DNA of 64,000 nucleotides from the NCBI GenBank assembly GCA_030390025.1, contig CM059433.1, positions 2,666,001 to 2,730,000 of the forward strand, written 5' to 3'. Below are positions 12,937 to 21,748 of this stretch, one piece after another. This DNA comes from Squalus acanthias. Lineage: Eukaryota. Both the position numbers and the translations under genes were made by a program. The notes under the pieces were generated by a model. The model was given only the letters and a program-made list of their open reading frames with translations. It did not search any database and was not told the origin of the DNA. The first letter of the stretch is position 1; each line of letters opens with the position of its first letter.

Positions 12937-13647
12937 TATGTTTTATGGCACTTAGTCATTTCTGGGCATGCTTCCGGGGATTGGGGCAGAAACCGATTTA
13001 GATAGGTTCAGATTTGACTTCGACCCATATATTACAAAGTGCCTGTCTTTTACTCCCCAGCTTTCTGTTGGATCATCAGATATAGACTGTACGGTTAGAC
13101 ATTGACATTAAAAAATAAACATTGTGACATGTGATGCATTAACGCTTTTTCCCTGTTAATTTCAATGACCTTTGATTTCGCTGAGAAGAGCAGATGCATT
13201 TCCTGTCCGGGAGCAAAGGTCGCGGAATGTGCTTGTGCTTCCTGCCCTGGGGCAAAGTTCAGCGAGGGATCAGGTCGGGAAAAAAATAGCAACTCATGAT
13301 TTCTATACCAAATCTCATGATTTTTTAAGAGTTTGTCTCCTGATTTATAAGACGGTGGGGTTGGCAGTACTGTACACTATCCAATTCTCTTGCAGATAGG
13401 GTTAGATGCAGCAAAGTGGGAGGAGGCTCATGTGAAGCATAAACACCGGCATTGATCAGATGGGCCGAATGGTCTGTTTCTGTGCTGTAGATTCTGCAAA
13501 CATTGTACATAAGCCAGTACGCTAGGTTGTGAAGGAATAAGCCATATAAACAATTCAGAAAAATACACCATTCTATGAAAGAATTCTGGCCTTATTAAAA
13601 CATGACAAACTGGGTCTGGAAATCTAGAAACCAAACTATGAAAAAGC

Positions 13648-14443
13648 TGTGATAATATTCTGGCTATTGAGATAAGATAGTTGTTGACACTGAATCAATA
13701 ACCTTATTGAAACAGAAGGTTAAAGGCTTCCTGACAGACTGACCTTTGGGAACAAGACAATGGTTCACCCTGGTTAAGGTGTTCTAATTTGCACTTCGTA
13801 AAGAAGCACAAACATCTGCCTTCGTAAAAATGACATCAAGTAAAACGCACTTGCTGTTACACCATATTTTATGGTAAACTTAAAACACCTAGAGGAGAGA
13901 CATAATTCTGTAATGCTACCAGCTGAGTTGACTGTAAGAATTGCAGGGGTCAGCAGAAAAATTACTAGAGATAATTAGCTTACATCAGCTGAAAACCTTA
14001 AAGGAAATACCACTGGAAAAGGGTATAAATATTGAACTCTCAAATGGGATAGTAGACTCGCTTTAAAGGGGCAAAGTGATTCTCGGCTTCAGAGGCAGCT
14101 CTATAAGTCTCCAACTCTTTATACCTTGGAGATCAAAGGTATTTGATTTTGGTGTATATCCTGTAGAAAACTAAGAACTGTAAAACTGGAGCGAAGTTAA
14201 GATTTGAGAGTAAGGTTCTCTGATAATAGAATTGTAAGCTTTCTCTTTTTGGAACTGTTAATGTTGCGATTGACTCACCAACTGTAAACTGCATGTCGGT
14301 TCTTTAATAAATCTATATATTTTTAGAATTGTCTCAAGACTTCTGTATCAAACTCGCAAACTCAATCTCTGTACACTCTTTGGTGAGGAGTTGCAGAATT
14401 CTGAGGGAGTTTTCCGGACCCTCATAATATCCGGGACGTTACA
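13648..14443 (+). mobile_element. Possible solo LTR
   Basis: TGT...ACA ends, TATA-like tataaat ~14024, AATAAA ~14306; no matching target-site duplication found. Confidence 0.35.
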
Positions 14444-15064
14444 GTCTAGCTAAACTTATTAAAAGTGCTATCTGGAGGACGGTAACATTTTCCGGTTGTT
14501 CCTTTCCTTTAGGGAGAGATAGTCCGGACCTTTAGACCCAATTAAGCGTCTTTAGGATTTGGCTACCTCAAACTTTAGTTGAAAGTGAACGTCTGAGGAA
14601 TACGCCTGATCTGGGGTAGCCCTAAAGGGGCTAGGACTAGTAATAATCCCTTCAGGGTGAGTAGAGACGTATTGGCCTGTCAACCTGCAGAAAACAGACC
14701 CAACTGGGGTCAAAGCTTTGGATGCTTCCTGAGCTCTGTAAGGTTTGGGACAAAACAATTTCCAGCTCTCTTACAAAGGGGCCTGATGAGGGCTAAGTTT
14801 TGTCCTCTTCTGGGCTGATGGGGCAGAGAGTGGCTGGTGCTACATCCCCCTCTTCCCTTATTCCATCAGGCACCAGAGATGTGCCATAAGGGTGTGGGTG
14901 CTGGCCTTTGGAAATCTGGTAGGGTCAGCAGTGGGGGTTCCCAGCAGATGCATCCGCATCCCCTTGTAATAATATAGAACCTCATCGCGCCCTTAGGACA
15001 TCCTAAAGTGCTGCACATCCAATTAATAAATGTTGAAGTGTTGTCATTATTGCTACATCGCCAA

Positions 15065-16240
15065 ATAGTGGTGTTCCACAGGGATCGGTGCTGGGACCAC
15101 TGTTGTTCGTCATTTACGTAAACGATTTGGTTACAATTAAAAAATTTCCAGATGACACCAAATTGGGGGGTTTAGTTAATACTGAGGAAGGCTGCGACAA
15201 AATACAAGAAGACGTTAATAAACTCGCAGAATGGGCAAAAAAAAATTCAATATAGAGAAGTGTGACGTGCTGCATTTTGGTAGGAAGAATAAAAAGGCCA
15301 CATACTCCTTGGAAAATAAAAGTCTAAATGGGCTAGAGGAGCAAAGGGATCTGGAGTAAAGATACACAAATCACTAAAAGTAACAATGCAGTTTAATAAG
15401 GTCATTAAAAGAGCAAAGATAGCACTGGGGTTCATTTCTAGAGGGATAGAATTAAAAAACTGTGAAATTATGTTAAATGCTTATAGAACCTTGGTTAGAC
15501 AACACTTCGAGTACTGAGCATAGCTCTGGTCTCCATATTATAAAAAGGATATAGAGGCACTGGAGAAAGTGCAAAAAAGATTTACAAGGATAATACCAGA
15601 ACTGAGAGTGTATACCTATCAGGAAAAATTGAACAGGCTGGGCCCTTTTCTCTCAAAGAGAAGGCTGAAGGGTGACCCGATAGAGGTCTTTCAGATTATG
15701 AACGGGTTTGATAAGGTAGGCGTAGAGAAGATGTTTCCACTTGCAGGGAGACCAGAACTAGGGGCCATCAATATAAGATAGTCACTAATAATTCACCAGG
15801 GAATTCAGGAGAAACTTCTTTCTCCAGAGAGGGGTTAGAATGTAGAACTCGTTACCACAAGGAGTAGTTGAAGCGACTAGCATATAAGCTAGATAACCTT
15901 ATGAGGGGGAACGGATTAGAAGGATGTGTTGATGGGCTGAGATGAAGAGGAGTGGGAAGAAGCTCATGTGGAGCATAAACACCGGCATAGACCAGTTGGG
16001 CCGAATGGGCTGTTTCTGTGCTGTAGATTCTATGTCATTCTATTTAATTTGTAACTCGCTACCATAAGGAATAGTTGAAGCGAATAGTTTGGATGCATTT
16101 AAGGGGAAGCTAGATAAACACGTGGGGGGAAAAGGGAATAAAAGGCTATGCTGATAATGTTAGATGAAGAGTGGGGGGAAGAGGCTCATGGACTAATTGG
16201 CCTGTTTCCGTGCTGTACGTTCTATTTAGTTCTATGTAAA
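15065..16240 (+). mobile_element. Degraded CR1 LINE 3' part with a duplicated 3' UTR segment
   Basis: [19 protein letters not shown] sequence at ~15070; ORF 15569-15781; 3' UTR occurs twice (15850-16045, 16055-16240). Confidence 0.8.
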
Positions 16241-16974
16241 TACAGCAGCCAATTTGCACACAGTAAGAACCCACAGATAGTAGATGAAATGAAAAAGTTA
16301 ATCTGTTTTTAGTGGTACTGGCTGAGGAAGCGAATATCAGCCACACAATGGAAAACTCCCCGCTCTTTGAATCCTGCTATGGGTTTTTTTATGTTCATTG
16401 AACAGGCAGATAGAGGCCCCTATCTTTCCTGGGGTGGGATTTCCAAGTAGTGACTTCCTATCGGGGGGGAAACTCTACAGAAGAGGCCACAGGTAGGTTT
16501 TGTGCTGCTCGGGAGAGAGATTGCGAGGGGGGGATGGGTACAGCGTGCTTTGGAGGGTCAGGGGGTTATAACAGGAGGTCGGAGAGAGATTAGGGCAGCG
16601 ATTGAGCGGGAGGGGTGTCGGTGAGAGATCAGAGGGAGGTCGGAGAGAAATCAGAGGGAGAGATGGGGGGGTTGGAGAGAGATTGGAGGGAGAGATGCAG
16701 GGGTCGGGGGAGTACATAAGAACATAAAAACATAAGAAATAGGAGCAGGAGTCAGCCAATCGGCCCTTCGAGCCTGCTCCGCCATTCAATGAGATCATGG
16801 CTGATCTTCTGCCTCAACTCCATTCACCAGCCCTATCGCCATATCCCTTGATGCCCTTACTAGTCAGAAATCTGTCATAGATACATAGATACATAGAAGA
16901 TAGGAGCAGGAGTAGGCCATCCGGCCCTTCGAGCCTGCTCCGCCATTTAATGAGATCATGGCTGATCCTTCAAT

Positions 16975-19920
16975 TCAGTATCCCGTCCCCGCCTTCTCTC
17001 CGTAACCCTTAACCCCTTTTGCCTGTAGAAATATATCTAATTCCCTCTTAAATATATTTAATGAGCTGGCGTACACTGCCCTCTGTGGCAATGAGTTCCA
17101 CAGGTTCACCACTCTCTGAGTGAAGAAATTCCCCCTCATTTCTGTCCTAAATGGTTTAGCCCTTATCCTTAAATTATGTCCTCTAGTTCTGTTCTCACCC
17201 GCCAAGGGAAACATTCCTTCTGCATCTAATCTGTCTAGACCTGTCAGAATTTTATACACTTCTATGAGGTCCCCTCTCAATCTTCTAAACTCCAGTGTGT
17301 ACATCCCTAAACTACATAGTCTCTCCTCATAGGTCAATCCCGCCATTCCTGGTATCAGCCTGGTGAATCGCCGCTGCACCCCCTCCATGGCAAGAACATC
17401 TTTCCTCAGATGAGGCGACCAAAACTGTACACAGTACTCGAGGTGTGGTCTCACCAGTGCCCTGTACAGCTGCAGCAAGGTATCCCTGTTCCTGTATTCC
17501 AACCCTTTTGCTATGAAGGCCAGCATACCGTTTGCCTTCTTGACCGCCTGTTGCACCTGCATGCTCGCCTTCAGTGACTGGTGTACAAGAACACCCAGGT
17601 CTCTCTGTACTTCCCCCTCTCCCAATTTATTGCCATTTAAATAATAATTTGCCCTCCCGTTCCTGCACCCAAGGTGGATAACTTCGCACTTGTCCACATT
17701 ATAGTGCATCTGCCATTTATCCGCCCAATCACCCAGTCTGTCCAAATCGCTCTGGAGCTTCCTGGTCTCCTCCTCTGAGCCCACCCCCCCTCCTAGTTTA
17801 GTGTCGTCTGCAAATTTGGAAATGCTGCATTCGACTCCCTGATCCAGGTCATTAATATAAATTGTGAACAGCTGGGGACCCAGGACAGATCCCTGTGGTA
17901 CCCCACTTGTTACTGCCTGCCATTCAGAAAATGAGCCGTTTATTCCAACTCTCTGTTTTCTATCTGACAGCCAGTTCTCTATCCACGTCAATACTTTCCC
18001 CTTTATCCCATGAGCTTCAATTTTCCATGCTAATCTTTTATGTGGGACCTTATCGAAGGCCTTTTGGAAGTCCAGGTACACCACATCTACTGGCTCTCCC
18101 CCATCTATTTTACCAGTTACTCCCTCAAAAAATTCCAATAGATTAGTCAAGCACGATTTACCCTTTGTAAATCCATGTTGACTCTGTCCTATCCTGTCCC
18201 CATTTGCTAAGTGCTCGGCTATTTCATCCTTAATGATGGACTCCAGCATTTTGCCCACAACTGATGTAAGGCTTACAGGTCTGTAATTACCTGCTTTTTC
18301 CCTACCCCCCTTTTTGAATAGTGGGGTAACGTTAGCTACCCTCCAATCCATGGGCACTGTTCCCGAGTCTAATGAATTCTGAAAAATCATGCTTAGTGCA
18401 TCCGCTATCTCTAGGGCCACCTCCTTCAGTACCCTAGGATGCATGTTATCAGGCCCTGGGGATTTGTCCGCCTTCAATCCCTTTAGCTTCCTTAACACCA
18501 TATCCTTAGAGATATTGATTTGCGTCAGTTCCTCCTTTGCCAATGTCCCTATTTTTCCCGATATCCCAGGGAGGTTTTTTGTGTCTTCCTTCGTAAAGAC
18601 TGACCCAAAGTATGCATTTAGTTGGTCTGCCATTTCCTTATTTCCCATTATATATTCCCCCGTATCTGACTGCAATGGACCAACTTTGGTTTTCACCAGT
18701 CTTTTCCTCTTGATATACTTATAAAAGCTTTTGGAGTTAGTTTTTATATTTTCCGCCAGCTTGCTTTCGTAAGCTATTTTGCCCTTCTTGATTAAGCCCT
18801 TTGCCCTCCTTTGCTCTATCTTAAACTGTTCCCAATCTTCCGCTCTGGCGCGTTTTTTGGCTATTTTATACGCCCTATCTTTGGATTTTATGCTGTCTCT
18901 AATTTCCCCTGTTATCCACGGTTGAGTCACCTTTTTAGATTTCCTTTTATGCCAGATTGGTATAAACAATTTTTGCAATTTTGTCATTCTATCTTTAAAT
19001 GCTTGCCATTGTTTATCTACCTCCAGTCCTCCCAGGAACGTTGTCCAATCAGACCTACTCAGTTCCCGTCTAATGGCATCATAATTCCCCTTGTTTAAAT
19101 TCAGGACCTGAGTCTCTGAGTCAATTTCTTCGCTCTCCATTTCGAGTGAGAAATCGATCATGTTATGATCGCTCTGACCCAAGGGTCCCCGTACAACAAG
19201 ATTACTAATTAGTCCCTTCTCATTGCACAGTACCCAGTCCAATATAGCCTGTTCCCGAGTTGGTTCCTCGACATATTGATCCAGATAACCATCCCTTAAA
19301 CACTCAAGGAATTCCTCCTCCTCATTATTTTTACTGATTAGGCTAGTCCAATCTATATGTAAGTTAAAGTCACCTATGATGACAGCTGTGCTCTTATTGC
19401 ACGCTTCTCTAATTTCCCTCGTGATGCCCTCCCCAACCTCTATTTTACTATTTGGAGGCCTATATACCACTCCTATTAATGTTTTTCGCCCCTCGCTATT
19501 TCTTAGCTCCACCCATATAGATTCTGTATTAACTGAGTTAATATCCTTCCTTTCAATTGCATTTATCCCCTCTTTTACCAGCAATGCTACCCCTCCTCCC
19601 TTTCTTTTTTGTCGATCCTTCCTAAATACTGAATACCCCTGTATGTTAAGCTCCCAGCCCTGCTCACCCTGCAACCATGTTTCCGTAATCCCAATTAGAT
19701 CATAATTATTAACCTCTATTTCCACAGCTAATTCATCTACCTTGTTCCTGATGCTTCTCGCATTAAGGTATAAAACCCTCAGGCTTTTTTTATGCTCACA
19801 TTTTTTATGAATTAGTTTGGCCCTTTGTTTTTTGTTCCTCTCCTTTTTACCATTTATTTCTGTCTGCCTTTCACTTTCCTCTATTTCACTACATGGGTTT
19901 CTAGCCCCCTGCCATACTAG
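16975..19920 (-). CDS. CR1 ORF2: APE endonuclease + reverse transcriptase; frame stays open up to the ORF1 stop with no initiator ATG
   Basis: EN motifs LYLNARSI (upstream of the track's GTG start at 19725), ITETWL, GDFN, SDH; RT motifs [27 protein letters not shown]; no stops. Confidence 0.95.
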   Translation of the reverse strand, partial: LVWQGARNPCSEIEESERQTEINGKKERNKKQRAKLIHKKCEHKKSLRVLYLNARSIRNKVDELAVEIEVNNYDLIGITETWLQGEQGWELNIQGYSVFRKDRQKRKGGGVALLVKEGINAIERKDINSVNTESIWVELRNSEGRKTLIGVVYRPPNSKIEVGEGITREIREACNKSTAVIIGDFNLHIDWTSLISKNNEEEEFLECLRDGYLDQYVEEPTREQAILDWVLCNEKGLISNLVVRGPLGQSDHNMIDFSLEMESEEIDSETQVLNLNKGNYDAIRRELSRSDWTTFLGGLEVDKQWQAFKDRMTKLQKLFIPIWHKRKSKKVTQPWITGEIRDSIKSKDRAYKIAKKRARAEDWEQFKIEQRRAKGLIKKGKIAYESKLAENIKTNSKSFYKYIKRKRLVKTKVGPLQSDTGEYIMGNKEMADQLNAYFGSVFTKEDTKNLPGISGKIGTLAKEELTQINISKDMVLRKLKGLKADKSPGPDNMHPRVLKEVALEIADALSMIFQNSLDSGTVPMDWRVANVTPLFKKGGREKAGNYRPVSLTSVVGKMLESIIKDEIAEHLANGDRIGQSQHGFTKGKSCLTNLLEFFEGVTGKIDGGEPVDVVYLDFQKAFDKVPHKRLAWKIEAHGIKGKVLTWIENWLSDRKQRVGINGSFSEWQAVTSGVPQGSVLGPQLFTIYINDLDQGVECSISKFADDTKLGGGVGSEEETRKLQSDLDRLGDWADKWQMHYNVDKCEVIHLGCRNGRANYYLNGNKLGEGEVQRDLGVLVHQSLKASMQVQQAVKKANGMLAFIAKGLEYRNRDTLLQLYRALVRPHLEYCVQFWSPHLRKDVLAMEGVQRRFTRLIPGMAGLTYEERLCSLGMYTLEFRRLRGDLIEVYKILTGLDRLDAEGMFPLAGENRTRGHNLRIRAKPFRTEMRGNFFTQRVVNLWNSLPQRAVYASSLNIFKRELDIFLQAKGVKGYGEKAGTGY

Positions 19921-20864
19921 TTTAAATGCTCCCGAACTGCTTTATCAAAATTTACCCCGAGAACCTCAGTTCCATCTTTGCACAGGTGTAGACCGTCCCT
20001 TTTGTATAGGTCACACCTACCACAAAACTGGTCCCAATGCCTCAAAAATTTAAAACCCTCCCTCTTACACCACTGCTCAAGCCACGTATTTAGCCTAACT
20101 ATCCTGTTCTCTGTACTCTTACTAGCACGTGGCACTGGTAGTAATCCAGAGATTACTACCTTCGAGGTCCTACTTTTTAGCTTGGCTCCTAACTCCCTAA
20201 ATTCTACTTGTAGGACCTCTTCCCTTTTTTTAGCTACGTCGTTGGTACCAACATGTATCACGACAACTGGCTGTTCCCCCTCCCCCTCCAGAATGTTCTG
20301 CACCCGCGCCGAGACATCCTTGACCCTTGCACCAGGGAGGCAAATTACCATCCTGGAGTCTCGGTCGCGACCACAGAAACTCCTATCTATTCCCCTTACA
20401 ATCGAATCCCCTATTACTATAGCCCTGCCACTCTTTTTCCCTCCCTTCTTTGCAACAGAGCCAGTCATGGTGCCATGAGCCTGGCTGCTGGTGCCTTCCC
20501 CCGATGAGTCATCCCCCCCGACAACAGCACCTGAGGCGGTGAACCTGTTGCTGAGGGAGACAACCCCAGGGGATTCCTGCACTACCTTCCTGCCCTTGCT
20601 CTGCCTTTTGGTCACCCATGTACTATCTACTCTGGCCTTAACCTGCGGTGTGACCAACTCACTAAATGTGCTATTCACAACCCTCTCAGAATCGTGGATG
20701 CTCCAAAGTGAGTCCATCCGCAGCTCAAGGGCCGTCATGCGGTCCCACATGAGCTGCAGCTGGACACACTTCCCGCACACATGGTTGTCAGGGACACAGG
20801 AAGCGTCCATGATTTCCCACATGTTACAGGAGGAGCATGACACAGGTCCGAGCTCTACTGCCAT
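19917..20864 (-). CDS. CR1 ORF1: zinc finger, coiled coil and SGNH/GDSL esterase domain (315 aa)
   Basis: CSSC...CGKC, heptad LQLMWDRMTALELRMDSL, SGNH blocks IGDSIVRG, LPGA, HVGTND, RDGLHL. Confidence 0.93.
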   Translation of the reverse strand: MAVELGPVSCSSCNMWEIMDASCVPDNHVCGKCVQLQLMWDRMTALELRMDSLWSIHDSERVVNSTFSELVTPQVKARVDSTWVTKRQSKGRKVVQESPGVVSLSNRFTASGAVVGGDDSSGEGTSSQAHGTMTGSVAKKGGKKSGRAIVIGDSIVRGIDRSFCGRDRDSRMVICLPGARVKDVSARVQNILEGEGEQPVVVIHVGTNDVAKKREEVLQVEFRELGAKLKSRTSKVVISGLLPVPRASKSTENRIVRLNTWLEQWCKREGFKFLRHWDQFCGRCDLYKRDGLHLCKDGTEVLGVNFDKAVREHLN

Positions 20865-21575
20865 GACTTAACCCTTATATTACTTATTAATTTTCTAGTT
20901 TTAGTTTATTTATTGACTTTTGTTTTCCCGAAGCTTACTTAGACCAATGTATACTGTACTCCTCTTATTCCTTTTTAAACTAACCAAATCGCACTAGTTT
21001 TAGTTGTACTTTCTAGGAAGGTTTGAGGAAAGTACTTACCAGTTAGTCTTACCTCCCTGGTCTTTCGCTGACTTCCCGGTCTTGTGTCCCCTTGGTCCTA
21101 CGCCGACTTCCCGCTCCTCCCGGTTCCTGCTCTGCTGAAAAGAAACTGAGACCAAAAAATTTGTGACCTCTGTTTTTAGACTGCTAAAAGACTACTAGGT
21201 TAGAGGAGGAGGGCGGGTGGGGGTTCCTACTCTGTAGGAACTCGGGTTTAAGCCACCACCCTCCTTAAATGCCGCTCCAACCAGGTCCGCTCCTCCTTCC
21301 CCGCTGCCGACCGCTCTGTGGGAGAAAAAGAAAGAAAGGCTCCTCCTCCGCCGCTGTCGACTTCTGTTTTGAATATACCCAATGACTGAGCCTCCACAGC
21401 CCTCTGGGGTAGAGAATTCCAAAGATTCACCACCCTCTGTGTGAAGAAATTTCTTCTCATCTCAGTCCTGAATGGCCTACCCGTTATCCTGAGGCTGTGG
21501 CCCCTGGTTCTAGACTCCCCAGCCAAGGGAAACATTCTCCCAGCATCCGCCCTATCAAGCCATGTAATAATTTTG

Positions 21576-21748
21576 ATGCGGAGATGCCGGTGTTGGACTG
21601 GGGTGGAAAAAAATGAGAAGTCGCACAACACCAGGTTATAGTCCAACAGATTTATTTAAAATTGCGAGCTTTTAAACAAGCTCCAAAAGCTTGTAATTTT
21701 AAATAAATCTGTTGGACTATAACCTGGTGTTGTGCGACTTCTCATTTT
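21576..21748. mobile_element. Palindromic insertion, probably a Penelope-like element terminus
   Basis: 65-bp inverted arms (21609-21673 / 21685-21749, 2 mismatches); 13-bp duplication TGTAATAATTTTG; absent from the paralogue at ~59085-59101. Family assignment is from recall. Confidence 0.7.

Larger units (their letters stand above)
16877..21353 (-). mobile_element. Full-length, apparently intact CR1 LINE (~4477 bp)
   Basis: 5' UTR, ORF1, ORF2, 3' UTR and octamer tail (catagata on +); CTGTC duplicated at 16872-16876 and 21354-21358. Confidence 0.95.

Noticed and set aside
19978..20871. Plus-strand ORFs opposite CR1 ORF1
   Set aside because: Antisense shadows of the real minus-strand ORF.
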